From NCBI GenBank assembly GCA_021818475.1, contig JAKADZ010000002.1, positions 64,536-128,535 of the forward strand: 64,000 nt of DNA, given 5' to 3'. The stretch is from Nanobdellota archaeon (GTDB lineage: Archaea; Nanobdellota; Nanobdellia; Pacearchaeales; GW2011-AR1). Made by a program: the position numbers and the translations under genes. The notes below the pieces were generated by a model. That model searched no databases and was not told the DNA's origin. It saw only the letters and a list, made by a program, of their open reading frames with translations. This document shows, piece by piece, positions 1-9,493 of the stretch; the first letter of the stretch is position 1, and every line of letters begins with the position of its first letter.

Positions 1-495
1 CATAATTGGCTTCTTCATCTGCTCTGCAATTTTTATAGCTTTTAATGCGTCTGTCAAAGCAGGCATTTCAGGATTTGTGACAACAATCAAATCATCAGCC
101 ATACCAATAACCGAAATAGCCTCGTTGCCAAGACCTGCAGCGCTGTCAACAATTATATATTCAGAGATTTTTTTGAAATCATCCTTAAAATCTTTGATTT
201 TTTCTGGTTTTATTTTTGCAAGTTCTTTTATTGAAAGAGAAGAAGGCATTATTTTAACCCCGGATTCATGTTCGTAAACTGCTTCAAATGCATCTGCCTT
301 GCCCTGCAAAACATGATTTAAACTGATAGGCACTTCAGGAGAGTTAAGATGAATACCCACATTTGGGGTCGTTAAATTACCGTCGATAACAAGAACATCC
401 TTGCCAAAATAATTAATTGCCGCGCCTAAATTTATTGCAGTAGTAGTTTTGCCTACTCCACCCTTTCCAGAAGTTATTACAATTATTCGTTTCAT
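1..495 (-). CDS. minD: MinD/ParA-family P-loop ATPase, N-terminal part (gene runs off the window start)
   Basis: Manual translation from ATG (complement of 493-495): MKRIIVITSGKGGVGKTTTAINLGAAINYFGKDVLVIDGN... It has the deviant Walker A KGGVGKT. It is absent from the ORF track because the window edge truncates it. Confidence 0.85.
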   Translation of the reverse strand, partial: MKRIIVITSGKGGVGKTTTAINLGAAINYFGKDVLVIDGNLTTPNVGIHLNSPEVPISLNHVLQGKADAFEAVYEHESGVKIMPSSLSIKELAKIKPEKIKDFKDDFKKISEYIIVDSAAGLGNEAISVIGMADDLIVVTNPEMPALTDALKAIKIAEQMKKPIM

Positions 496-506
496 TTTAA
501 TGAAGT

Positions 507-947
507 CTATGTAGAAAGAAATTGCTTAACCTTACTTATAAATTTTTCTAGCAAATCAGCATATTCCTTTAATTTTTCAAGATTTACGTTTATTTCTTTT
601 CCCTGATAGAAAATTCTGAGTTCAACATTTTTTCTGAACTCGCCGATTCTTTCCGTCCTCAGCTCTTTTATTTTTCTAAACATTTCATAAAGATCAATAA
701 CTTCCAAAAATTCCTTGTCTTTCTTGAAAAGTTCTCTGATAGCATTTATCTGTCCGACAGGATTTGTTGGGACTGAAGAAATTTTCTTTTTTTTCTTGGC
801 ATATTCGAGAATTGTTTCGATGCTGGTTTCAATCATTTTTCTCCATCGTAGAATCAGATTCATAATTACATCACACGTCTTCGTGTATTTTAAACTGACA
901 TATAGCAGATGGTCTGCGCTGATTTTTTCCTGAATTATTTCTTCCAT
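507..947 (-). CDS. hypothetical protein (146 aa, Lys/Glu-rich, helical)
   Basis: Longest ORF in the region and co-directional with its neighbours. The opposite-strand ORFs 715-933 and 909-1106 look like shadow ORFs. No motif recognised. Confidence 0.5.
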   Translation of the reverse strand: MEEIIQEKISADHLLYVSLKYTKTCDVIMNLILRWRKMIETSIETILEYAKKKKKISSVPTNPVGQINAIRELFKKDKEFLEVIDLYEMFRKIKELRTERIGEFRKNVELRIFYQGKEINVNLEKLKEYADLLEKFISKVKQFLST

Positions 948-1020
948 AAAACCTCACACCCCTTAGAAGTAAAATTTACTACGATGCTGGAGTATATATA
1001 TCTTTCTTTAAAAAGGGGTT

Positions 1021-1230
1021 TCTATCACCTCTTTTTTAAACAGTATTTGAAAATCAGTCATGAACAATATCTTAAAGGGAAAAACATATTAAAGAAAATC
1101 GATTAGGTGTTCTTTAGTTGAACCTTGCATTAAAATTTATCTCAATTAACAATTTTTCTTGACGGAGCGCCCTGACGAAGTCTGGCGCAGAGCGGTATTT
1201 ATTTCAAAAATTTCTGAAAGAAATTTTTGC
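1021..1230 (+). repeat. modular intergenic repeat, copy 1 (A motif, gattaggt module, attaacaattttt module, GC hairpin, D hairpin)
   Basis: tctatcacctctttttt at 1021-1037. ggagcgccctgacgaagtctggcgcagagc at 1164-1193. Perfect hairpin caaaaatttc-tgaaa-gaaatttttg at 1205-1229, identical to 21450-21474. Confidence 0.8.
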
Positions 1231-1250
1231 TATTTTATCTAAGAATAAAA

Positions 1251-1577
1251 TTAGCTTAATTTCATAATTGCATCAGCCAAATCGCCGGTTTCTTCAAGAG
1301 CTTTTTCTGCTTCTTTTTTTGAAGCGCCTGTTTTTTCCATAACGGTCTTAACATCTTCTTCAGAAAACTTTTCCCCCTCTTCTTCGGAAACATCACCGGA
1401 AATCTGGAAAGATTCCTGCCCCTGCATTTTTATCTTTACAACAGAAGGGTTGTTGATAACAATTTTACCGCCATCCTCTTTCTCGATTATAACTCTTGAA
1501 GAAGAAATTTCAGTTTGGTTTATCCCCATCTGCTTCATAACTGCCTGCATTTGTTTTGGATTAATTCCCGGAATCAT
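1251..1577 (-). CDS. nac: nascent polypeptide-associated complex protein (archaeal NAC, NAC + UBA-like C-terminus)
   Basis: 108 aa. Core is NPKQMQAVMKQMGI...IEKEDGGKIVINNPSVVKIKMQGQESFQISG. The C-terminus EEDVKTVMEKTGASKKEAEKALEETGDLADAIMKL is typical of archaeal NAC. Confidence 0.9.
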   Translation of the reverse strand: MIPGINPKQMQAVMKQMGINQTEISSSRVIIEKEDGGKIVINNPSVVKIKMQGQESFQISGDVSEEEGEKFSEEDVKTVMEKTGASKKEAEKALEETGDLADAIMKLS

Positions 1578-1606
1578 TTTATTTCATAGTATTTTTGTTT
1601 TTTAAA

Positions 1607-2482
1607 TTATCCTAACCTTTCCGCTATAATTCTGAATCTCAAATTATCTTCAATTTTGCTCTTGACAAAATCTTCAATATTTTTTCTTCCAGAATCCCTA
1701 AATCTAGAAAAATCAAGAACTTCAGAATTAGTCATTCTCAATAAAGAATAATTCAATCTCGGATTGCATTCAGAATGCTCTTCCTCCCTAATTTGTTCAA
1801 GGAGGTTATACATTTTTTTAGAATCAGAAAAGGATTTTTTCTGGGATAAAAGAAAATTGAGATACAGCAATCCAATAAATCCAAGCTCAAAACCGGAGGA
1901 AATATTCCTATTAAAAAAATTGAAAATTGAATAAGAAAATGATGCAAAAAGAATAAAATAATCCCTAATCTCTTTGGGAGCTTTAGTTAATGGGTATCTT
2001 TCTCCAAAATCAAGCGAATAAGCAAATGCTTCATGAGTAAGCCCAATTTTATTCATAAAAAAAGGGGAATACAGTTTAATTGCTCTATTCTCCCCCAACC
2101 TTGTTCTCACTGAGTGGATTAATTCATGTCTAAATATCTCTTTGTAACTATGATTAAAGAGTTCATAAGAAAGAATTTCATTTACTGAAACAATTGGAAT
2201 TCCTTGATTTTTATATCTTTTAACAGATGTTGTCCCCCCAGTTACCATTTTTCTACTCCAAGGAAGTTTAGCATAAGAACATGAAACCCAGTCAGGATAA
2301 GTCAAAAAATGCTTTTCAAAATCATCAAGTTCAGACGAAACTTCTATTTGATTTTTTCTTTTCGCTTTAAATTCATAAGCCGTATCTAAAAATCTATTTC
2401 CCCTTTCATAAAAATGAGTTTCATTTTCTCTAACCCTTGGAAGAACTCCTTTATGGTCAAGCTCGATTATTGATTGTTTCAT
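1607..2482 (-). CDS. hypothetical protein with HExxH (HELIH) zinc-metalloprotease-like motif and a hydrophobic region
   Basis: 291 aa. FRHELIHSVRT motif, with THEAFAY downstream. Hydrophobic stretch FILFASFSYSIFNFF...GFIGLLYLNFLL. Its start overlaps the stop of the upstream gene by 1 nt. Confidence 0.55.
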   Translation of the reverse strand: MKQSIIELDHKGVLPRVRENETHFYERGNRFLDTAYEFKAKRKNQIEVSSELDDFEKHFLTYPDWVSCSYAKLPWSRKMVTGGTTSVKRYKNQGIPIVSVNEILSYELFNHSYKEIFRHELIHSVRTRLGENRAIKLYSPFFMNKIGLTHEAFAYSLDFGERYPLTKAPKEIRDYFILFASFSYSIFNFFNRNISSGFELGFIGLLYLNFLLSQKKSFSDSKKMYNLLEQIREEEHSECNPRLNYSLLRMTNSEVLDFSRFRDSGRKNIEDFVKSKIEDNLRFRIIAERLG

Positions 2483-3132
2483 TAGAAACTAACAACTTTA
2501 ACTGAATTTAGTTTTTCAATTTCAGAACTAATTTCATCTTTTTTTCTTTTCTTTTTTTCAGTCTCTTTTAAATTAGAAGTTCTTATTTCTTCAGGGGCAT
2601 TAATTAGTTTATACATTAAAGAAGATAATACGTCAGAATTGTTAACTAATTCTTCTATAATCCTAACAGCAAATTTTTCAGAAAATTCAGGAGAAGATTT
2701 GCCGTTTATCACAGATAAATACTTCCTCCATTTCTTCCCAAAAGAAATTTTATCCCAAAAGAAGGAATAATCATGATGATAAAGAGAAATTCCTTCAATT
2801 TTATCATCTCTCTTAAATAAAATTCTGAAAAGATAATATTCTTGATAAGAATTAAGTGTTAAAGACAGGTCAGAATAACCTTCGGGTATTTTTGGAGGTA
2901 TTTCCTCACTATTCCATCTCGGTTTAGGGATATAGTCTTTTAACAGAAAAATATTGTCAATCGCAGTAGAAACTTTTTGTCTAATTAATTCCCGGTATTG
3001 AGTCATCAACTCTTCCTGTTCTCTTGCAATTTTTTGTCTTTCAGAGACGGAATCTTCAATTGTTCTTATTGTCTTTTCAACTTGCCCAGTTTCTGTATCC
3101 TTAAGTCTTTGAATATCTTCTTCAAGTCCCAT
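2482..3132 (-). CDS. hypothetical coiled-coil protein (216 aa)
   Basis: Long ORF translationally coupled to 1607-2482. No recognisable motif. Confidence 0.5.
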   Translation of the reverse strand: MGLEEDIQRLKDTETGQVEKTIRTIEDSVSERQKIAREQEELMTQYRELIRQKVSTAIDNIFLLKDYIPKPRWNSEEIPPKIPEGYSDLSLTLNSYQEYYLFRILFKRDDKIEGISLYHHDYSFFWDKISFGKKWRKYLSVINGKSSPEFSEKFAVRIIEELVNNSDVLSSLMYKLINAPEEIRTSNLKETEKKKRKKDEISSEIEKLNSVKVVSF

Positions 3133-3192
3133 GAAGAAACTATTAAGAAGCAGTTTAAAAATCTTTAGCCTGTTACTATTTTAGAATTAATA

Positions 3193-3351
3193 CTATTTTA
3201 CAAAAATACCCAAAGCTATTCTGAAAACAACTATCATAATAACAAATAGAACCACATGCGCAGGTTTAAGGTTAAATTTACTCTGATATTCTTCCTTGAA
3301 CTTTACAAGTCCGCCAAATCCTGAAGGGACATTTATTCCGCTGTCTGCCAT
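3193..3351 (-). CDS. secG: preprotein translocase subunit Sec61-beta (SecG-type), 52 aa
   Basis: Manual translation: MADSGINVPSGFGGLVKFKEEYQSKFNLKPAHVVLFVIMIVVFRIALGIFVK, ending in a TAG stop. The G-L-V-K-F motif followed by one C-terminal TM helix is the Sec61-beta architecture. It falls below the ORF-track length cutoff. Confidence 0.7.
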   Translation of the reverse strand: MADSGINVPSGFGGLVKFKEEYQSKFNLKPAHVVLFVIMIVVFRIALGIFVK

Positions 3352-3372
3352 TATAAGATTACAAAGATAAGG

Positions 3373-3382
3373 TATTTAAAAG
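3373..3382 (+). promoter_or_regulatory. TATA-box-like element upstream of valS
   Basis: tatttaaaag lies about 20-29 nt before the ATG at 3402. No Shine-Dalgarno is present, which is consistent with a leaderless transcript. Confidence 0.4.
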
Positions 3383-3401
3383 TTTCTTGATATAATATCT
3401 C

Positions 3402-5774
3402 ATGGCTGAGGAAACAAATCCTATGAAAGATATCGAAGAGAAATGGAAAAAATACTGGGAAGAGGAAGGAATTTACAAATTCAACCAAAAAACAAGGAAA
3501 AAAATTTATTCTGTTGATACGCCTCCTCCAACTGTTTCAGGAAGAATGCACATCGGGCATGCATTTTCATATTCGCAGAGCGATTTTATTGTAAGATTCA
3601 AAAGGATGATGGGAAATGAAGTATTCTATCCTTTCGGAACAGATGATAACGGACTTCCGACTGAAAGGCTTGTTGAAAAAAGCAAAGGAGTTCATGCAAA
3701 AGATATGCCCAGAAAAGAATTCATTAAATTATGTATGGAATTTTTAAAAGAGGAAATCCCAAAATTTATACAAGACTGGAAAAATATCGGGATAAGCTGC
3801 GACTGGAATATGAAATATTCTACCATCGACGACAATTCAAGAAAAGTTGCGCAGTGGTCTTTTCTTGATTTATACAAAAAAAACAGAATGTACCGAAAAG
3901 ACGCGCCTGCAATGTGGTGTCCTGAATGCAGAACAGGGGTAGCACAGGTTGAAGTTCAGGATAAAGAAATTGATTCTTTTTTTAACGATATACTTTTCAA
4001 AACAGGAAAAGAAGATTTGAAAATTGCGACAACACGTCCTGAATTGCTTCCTGCATGTGTTGCGGTTTTTTATCATCCCGAAGACAAAAGATACAAAAAA
4101 TATCAGGGAAAAAAAGCAAAAGTTCCATTGATGGATTTTGAAGTCCCAATTCTCGAAGACAAAAGAGTAGATATGAAAAAAGGAACAGGTATTGTTATGT
4201 GCTGCACATTTGGGGATCAGACAGATATGGAATGGCAAAAAGCTTACAACCTTCCGATAAAAATTGCAATATCCGAAAACGGAGAGATGTTGCCTATTGC
4301 GGGAAAATATAAAGGAATGAAAATAAAAGAAGCAAGAAAGGAGATTATCAAAGACCTGAAAGAAGCAGGACTTCTGACAAATCAGACTCCGATAAAACAT
4401 TTTGTTAATGTTCATGAAAGGTGCGGAACTGAAATTGAATTTGTAAAAAGCAAACAATGGTTTGTGAAATATCTTGATTTGAAAGAGGACTTATTGAAGT
4501 GGGGGGCAGAATTAAATTGGCATCCGCTGTTTATGAAAAACAGATACGATAATTGGGTAAAGGGATTGCAATGGGATTGGCTGATATCAAACCAGAGATA
4601 TTTCGGGGTTCCTTTCCCTGTATGGTATTGTGAAAAATGCGGTGAAGTTATTTTAGCAAAAGAAAGCCAGCTTCCCGTGGATCCTATAAAAGACAAACCT
4701 CCTGTAAGCAAATGTCCAAAGTGTAAATCAGAAAAAATAATTCCTGAAACAGATATTCTTAACACGTGGTTCACTTCTTCAATGTCTCCGAAACTTGCAG
4801 TTGAAAATGTAAAAGATGAGGAAACAAAGAAAAAATTATTCCCTATGAGTCTCCGTCCGCAGGCGCATGAGATAATTTCATTCTGGCTTTTTAATACAGT
4901 CGTAAAATCAAGACTGCATTTCAAAAAAAATCCATGGAAAGATGTTGCAATTTCAGGATTCGTTACAATGAAAGGAGAAAAAATGTCAAAGAGCAAAGGC
5001 AATGTAATCTCCCCGCAGGAGGTCATGGAAAAATTCGGGGCAGATGCATTAAGATACTGGGCAGCATCTTCAAAATTAGGCGAAGATTTTGATTATCAGG
5101 AAAAAGATTTGGTTACGGGAAAAAAATTAATTACAAAATTAATCAATGCTTCAAGATTTATTTTCATGAATTTAAAAGATTACAAAGGAGAAAAACCAAA
5201 AAAGCTGGAAGCAACAGATGAATTATTCCTGAATGAACTAAATAAGTTGATTGAAGGAGTTACGGAAGATTTTGAAAATTATGAATATTCATTGGCAAAA
5301 CAAAAAGTCGACCAATTTTTCTGGAGAGACTTCTGCGACAATTATCTGGAAATAGTCAAGAAAAGAGTTTATAACGGAAAAGGGAATGAAAAAATTTCCG
5401 CGCAATATGCTCTGTATAATTCATTATTAACAATACTAAAATTGTTCGCTCCGATAATCCCATTTATTACTGAAGAAATTTATCAGAACAATTTCAAAAC
5501 TTTTGAAAAAACAAAATCAATTCATATTTGTGAATGGCCGAAATACCAGAAAAAGAAAAAGATAGATGAAAATGAATGGAATTTAATGCTTGAGGTTATT
5601 TCAAAAATAAGACAGGAAAAATCAAACGCGAAAAAACCGATGAATGCCCAAATTATTTTGACAATTACAAAAGAGGACAATTCTTCATTAAAACTATTTT
5701 TAGAAGATTTAAAATCTGTTGCAAATGCTTCTGAAATTAAAGAAGGCAGTTTTAATGTTAAATTTGTCGAATGA
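3402..5774 (+). CDS. valS: valine--tRNA ligase
   Basis: 790 aa. Class I HIGH (RMHIGHAF) and KMSKS (KMSKSKGN) motifs. DTPPPTVSG...GTDDNGLPTE N-terminus and a CP1 editing region, as in archaeal ValRS. Confidence 0.9.
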   Translation: MAEETNPMKDIEEKWKKYWEEEGIYKFNQKTRKKIYSVDTPPPTVSGRMHIGHAFSYSQSDFIVRFKRMMGNEVFYPFGTDDNGLPTERLVEKSKGVHAKDMPRKEFIKLCMEFLKEEIPKFIQDWKNIGISCDWNMKYSTIDDNSRKVAQWSFLDLYKKNRMYRKDAPAMWCPECRTGVAQVEVQDKEIDSFFNDILFKTGKEDLKIATTRPELLPACVAVFYHPEDKRYKKYQGKKAKVPLMDFEVPILEDKRVDMKKGTGIVMCCTFGDQTDMEWQKAYNLPIKIAISENGEMLPIAGKYKGMKIKEARKEIIKDLKEAGLLTNQTPIKHFVNVHERCGTEIEFVKSKQWFVKYLDLKEDLLKWGAELNWHPLFMKNRYDNWVKGLQWDWLISNQRYFGVPFPVWYCEKCGEVILAKESQLPVDPIKDKPPVSKCPKCKSEKIIPETDILNTWFTSSMSPKLAVENVKDEETKKKLFPMSLRPQAHEIISFWLFNTVVKSRLHFKKNPWKDVAISGFVTMKGEKMSKSKGNVISPQEVMEKFGADALRYWAASSKLGEDFDYQEKDLVTGKKLITKLINASRFIFMNLKDYKGEKPKKLEATDELFLNELNKLIEGVTEDFENYEYSLAKQKVDQFFWRDFCDNYLEIVKKRVYNGKGNEKISAQYALYNSLLTILKLFAPIIPFITEEIYQNNFKTFEKTKSIHICEWPKYQKKKKIDENEWNLMLEVISKIRQEKSNAKKPMNAQIILTITKEDNSSLKLFLEDLKSVANASEIKEGSFNVKFVE

Positions 5775-5808
5775 CTAATTTTATAAATCGAAATTCTCTT
5801 TTGATGAT

Positions 5809-6897
5809 ATGCCAATGTCTAAGGACGAACTTGAAGAAGTTCTAAATGAACTTGAAAGCCACAAAGGAAGGCACACAGAACTGATTTCAGTTTACATTTC
5901 TGCAGGTTATGATGCAAATTCTGTGCAGAAGCAGCTGGAAGAAGAAAAATCTACTGCAAAGAATATCAAATCTACGACGACAAGAAATAATGTGATGGAT
6001 GCTCTTGATAAAATTATAAGGTATCTGAAAGGAATGAAAAGAACTCCGGATAACGGGCTTGCTTTGTTTGCAGGAAATATTTCAAAAGTTGAGGGGCAGA
6101 TGGATATGCAGTTGTGGATTATAGAACCGCCGATGCCTTTGAAAATAAGACTTTACAGATGTGATAAAGATTTTGTTCTTGAACCTCTCCAGGAACAATT
6201 GGAAGTTTCTGAAGTTTTCGGACTTTTGGTAATGGACAGGAAAGAAGCGACTATCGGATTGCTCGAGGGAAAAAGAATTGAGGTTATGCAGAAAATGACT
6301 TCCGGAGTTCCCAGCAAAATAAGAGCAGGAGGACAAAGTTCTCAAAGATTCCATAGAATTACAGAAGGACTGACAAAAGAATTTTACAAAAGAATTGCAG
6401 AAGAAATGAAAAAAATATTTTATGAAATGCCAAAGTTGAAAGGAATAATTGTCGGCGGACCAATTCCCACAAAAGATGAATTTCTCGACGGGGAATATCT
6501 TGCTACAAAACTTCAGGAAAAAGTTATAGGCAGAGTTGATATCGGAGGAAGTGATGAATCAGGACTGAAAGAACTTGTTGAAAAATCAAGAGATTTGCTT
6601 GCAGGACAGGAAATTATTCACGAAAAAAAAGTCTTGGAAAAATTCTTCGAAACTCTCGGAGAAAAACCAGACTTAGCTGCTTACAAACTTGAAGATGTAA
6701 AAAAAGCGCTCGAATACGGAGCAGTTGATACTTTGATAATTTCAAAAGAATATGACAAGCAGACTGCTCATGAACTTGTCGCGCTTGCAAAAGCAATTGA
6801 CTCAAACATTGAAATAGTTTCAACAGAAACAACAGAAGGCGAACAGTTCCTAAATCTTTCAGGAATCGGAGCTGTACTGAGATTTAAAGTTATGTAA
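5809..6897 (+). CDS. prf1: peptide chain release factor aRF1
   Basis: 362 aa with the NIKS motif (TAKNIKS) and GGQ motif (AGGQSSQRF). ATG at 5809; an alternative ATG lies at 5815. Confidence 0.93.
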   Translation: MPMSKDELEEVLNELESHKGRHTELISVYISAGYDANSVQKQLEEEKSTAKNIKSTTTRNNVMDALDKIIRYLKGMKRTPDNGLALFAGNISKVEGQMDMQLWIIEPPMPLKIRLYRCDKDFVLEPLQEQLEVSEVFGLLVMDRKEATIGLLEGKRIEVMQKMTSGVPSKIRAGGQSSQRFHRITEGLTKEFYKRIAEEMKKIFYEMPKLKGIIVGGPIPTKDEFLDGEYLATKLQEKVIGRVDIGGSDESGLKELVEKSRDLLAGQEIIHEKKVLEKFFETLGEKPDLAAYKLEDVKKALEYGAVDTLIISKEYDKQTAHELVALAKAIDSNIEIVSTETTEGEQFLNLSGIGAVLRFKVM

Positions 6898-6899
6898 TC

Positions 6900-7223
6900 T
6901 TACTTCTGAATATAATGACCAAAAAAATAAAGTAAACCATATAGAGTAGATCCAGTTATTATCCAACCGACTAAGGTGTATAGTCCCTCTTGATATTCAT
7001 TTACAAAATCTGAAATTTTTCTGACTAGTTTAGAATTTTGTTTTGGAACAATTTTTTCTTTGTCATATTGTTCAAAGATTGGGGGTATTTCTTCTTTACT
7101 TGCTCCAAGATATTCCATCGCTGAAGATAAGTGTTCTTTAGAATAAACTCCCTTTATTGTTCTATCGAATATAGCCTGAGCATCTTCTTCAGTGTATTCT
7201 AATTTTTCAGTTAGTCTATCCAT
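6900..7223 (-). CDS. hypothetical protein with C-terminal TM helix (107 aa)
   Basis: ORF with the hydrophobic tail LYTLVGWIITGSTLYGLLYFF. No motif recognised. Confidence 0.5.
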   Translation of the reverse strand: MDRLTEKLEYTEEDAQAIFDRTIKGVYSKEHLSSAMEYLGASKEEIPPIFEQYDKEKIVPKQNSKLVRKISDFVNEYQEGLYTLVGWIITGSTLYGLLYFFGHYIQK

Positions 7224-7290
7224 AAATTTTATTATTAGGACTTATTTTTTAAATCTTTCTAGTGATACCATTTTAAAGTTACATTAAACA

Positions 7291-7414
7291 TTATTATCAG
7301 ACAACTTCCTCTGGGGGCGGGCGATTTCGCGAGGACAAATTTCGGTTGTGGAGGGGTGGATGGCGGAGGATAAAAAATCGAGCGAAGTCGCTAGTTGGGC
7401 GGAAAAAAGTCGCT
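7291..7414 (+). repeat. modular intergenic repeat, copy 2 (long GC-rich E module)
   Basis: ctgggggcgggcgatttcgcgagg ... atcgagcgaagtcgctagttgggcgg. Shares the gcgatttcgcg and agcg-a/g-gtcgc..agttggg-y-gg blocks with copies at 27866, 28345, 35061, 53407 and 58905. Confidence 0.8.
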
Positions 7415-7417
7415 TAA

Positions 7418-7660
7418 TTATTTTTTCTTTCTTTTCAATAAGACTAAATTTAAAATTAAACCAATAATCGCCACACCAGTAATTATATAATTATAATTTA
7501 AAATTTTGAGCTGAGCAACATTTCTAAGATTTAGAACCATATTCACCAAACTATAAATTCCCGCACCAATCCAAAAACCCACCCCAAATTTGTACATCTC
7601 TTTTGTCCTTATCATAAATTGTACAAGACGAATTTGATTATAAATTCTTTTAAATCCCAT
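7418..7660 (-). CDS. small membrane protein (80 aa, 2 TM)
   Basis: Two hydrophobic helices (FGVGFWIGAGIYSLV; IITGVAIIGLILNLVLL). Confidence 0.5.
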   Translation of the reverse strand: MGFKRIYNQIRLVQFMIRTKEMYKFGVGFWIGAGIYSLVNMVLNLRNVAQLKILNYNYIITGVAIIGLILNLVLLKRKKK

Positions 7661-7698
7661 TTCAAAATCTTTAAAATATTACTTCTATTATTATCCTA

Positions 7699-8235
7699 AT
7701 GGATTCAACAAGCAAAACAATAGAGGAGATTGATGAAGCAAGAGAAAAAGAGGATTTGAAAAAACTCGAGGCAGTTTTTTTTGTGAGCGCGCGATTCCTT
7801 AATATGAGTGAATTAATTTCTCTGACTGATTTAAATCCGATTATAATTCAGGAATTAATTGAGAAGTTGCAGGAAAAATATGATAAATCAGAATCGGCAA
7901 TAGAAATTCTTGAAAAGAATGGGCTGTGGAAGATGGATGTTCGCCCTCAGTTTTATAATATAATTAACAAATTAGCCGGAGGAAAATCTGAATTCACAAA
8001 AGCAGAACAGGAAACATTGGGAATAATTGCATACAAGCAGCCCATTAAACAATCTGTAATAATAAAAATAAGGGGCAACAAGGCATATGAGCATATAAAG
8101 AAATTTGAAGATTTGCAGCTGATAAAAAAGAAAAAAATCGGCCACACAGAGGAATTGTCTTTGTCTGATGATTTTTATGATTATTTCACCTTTCAGGGAG
8201 AAAAGGATGTTTCTTTCAATGACAAAAATCCTTAA
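7699..8235 (+). CDS. scpB: segregation and condensation protein B (ScpB)
   Basis: 178 aa. LEAVFFVS... plus TKAEQETLGIIAYKQPIKQSVIIKIRGNKAYEHIKKFEDLQLI, the tandem winged-helix ScpB signature. Confidence 0.8.
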   Translation: MDSTSKTIEEIDEAREKEDLKKLEAVFFVSARFLNMSELISLTDLNPIIIQELIEKLQEKYDKSESAIEILEKNGLWKMDVRPQFYNIINKLAGGKSEFTKAEQETLGIIAYKQPIKQSVIIKIRGNKAYEHIKKFEDLQLIKKKKIGHTEELSLSDDFYDYFTFQGEKDVSFNDKNP

Positions 8236-8259
8236 AAACAAATAATCCTGAGAAAAATT

Positions 8260-9492
8260 ATGAAACTTTTGCCGATAATATATCTGATATACATGTTTTT
8301 CTCAATTTATTTTCTCTCGCTTTTCTTTATACTTTATGCGAAGAATAAAAAAAATTTATTCAATTACCCCGTAGCCAAAAAAGAATATACCGTTTCATTT
8401 GTCGTTCCGGCATATAATGAAGGGGAAACGATAAAAGATACGATAGAGCATATTTTTGCGGTGGATTACAAAAAAATTGAACAGGTAATAATAGTAAATG
8501 ATTGTTCAACTGACAACACAAAAGAAGTAGTGGAAGAGATGCAAAAAAAATATCCCAAATTAATTTTGATAAATAATGAAAAAAATCTCGGAAATGCAGC
8601 ACGTTCGAAAAATGTCGGGTTAAAACATGCAACAGGAGAACTCATTGCATTTGTCGATGCAGATAGTTATCCTGCAAAAGATTCTTTAAAAAAAATGATT
8701 GGTTTCTTTAATGATGAAAAAGTCGGGGCAGTAACCTGTCCGATTTTAGTGCGGGGAGGGAAGACATTTATTGAGAGACTTCAGGCAATAGAGTATAAAA
8801 TGATTGCATTTACAAGAAAACTTTTGGATTATGTAGATGCAATTTATGTGACTCCCGGACCTTTGGCAATTTACCGGAGGGAAGCAATAGAACAGGTCAA
8901 TGGTTTTGACGGGAACAATATGACTGAAGATATTGAAATCACGTGGAATTTAACTGCAAAAAATTGGGAAAGAAGAATGTGCCTGGCGACAGAAGTCACA
9001 ACAACAGCCCCGAATAAGTTCAAAGATTGGTATAAACAAAGAAGGAGATGGAGTATCGGGGGAGTTCAATGTGTTGCAAAATATAAAAAAGATTTTTTAA
9101 AAAAAGGGATGTTGGGAATGTTTGTTCTTCCGTTTTTTGTCGTCCAGTTTTTCCTCGGTCTTTTAGGGCTTTTAGTATTTTTTTATTTGCTTGCAACAGA
9201 CATAATTTCAAACTATCTTCTTCTGGGGTATTCCATACCCGCGGGAGTTCCGCTCTTAACAATTGACAGTTTATTTATCACTCCAACATTCTTGGATTAT
9301 CTGGGAGTAATACTTTTTATTGTGGGATTCGCATTCACAATGTTTGCATTGTCGATAATGAAAAAAAATGCATTGGAAAAGCAAAGTTTCTTCAGCCTGA
9401 TGTTTTTCTCTGTAGTTTACCTTTCAGTCTATCCTTTTATTACATTAAGTGGAGTATACAATTATTTTAAAGGGGGAAATAAATGGAGATAA
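8260..9492 (+). CDS. family 2 glycosyltransferase, membrane-integrated (processive-type)
   Basis: 410 aa. FVVPAYNE, DCSTDNT and VDADS (DxD) motifs plus the Q-R-R-R-W motif (KQRRRWSIGG). TM helices at both the N- and C-termini. Confidence 0.85.
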   Translation: MKLLPIIYLIYMFFSIYFLSLFFILYAKNKKNLFNYPVAKKEYTVSFVVPAYNEGETIKDTIEHIFAVDYKKIEQVIIVNDCSTDNTKEVVEEMQKKYPKLILINNEKNLGNAARSKNVGLKHATGELIAFVDADSYPAKDSLKKMIGFFNDEKVGAVTCPILVRGGKTFIERLQAIEYKMIAFTRKLLDYVDAIYVTPGPLAIYRREAIEQVNGFDGNNMTEDIEITWNLTAKNWERRMCLATEVTTTAPNKFKDWYKQRRRWSIGGVQCVAKYKKDFLKKGMLGMFVLPFFVVQFFLGLLGLLVFFYLLATDIISNYLLLGYSIPAGVPLLTIDSLFITPTFLDYLGVILFIVGFAFTMFALSIMKKNALEKQSFFSLMFFSVVYLSVYPFITLSGVYNYFKGGNKWR

Positions 9493-9493
9493 T

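Noticed and set aside
3692-5026. Long minus-strand ORFs (61, 195 and 204 aa) antisense to valS.
   Set aside because: They lie entirely inside a well-supported ValRS gene. Their products are low-complexity and rich in Phe, Ser, Cys and Asn, as expected for shadow ORFs opposite a Lys/Glu-rich AT-biased gene. The same reasoning applies to the antisense ORFs inside topA, cdc48, gatA, gatE, aspS and proS.
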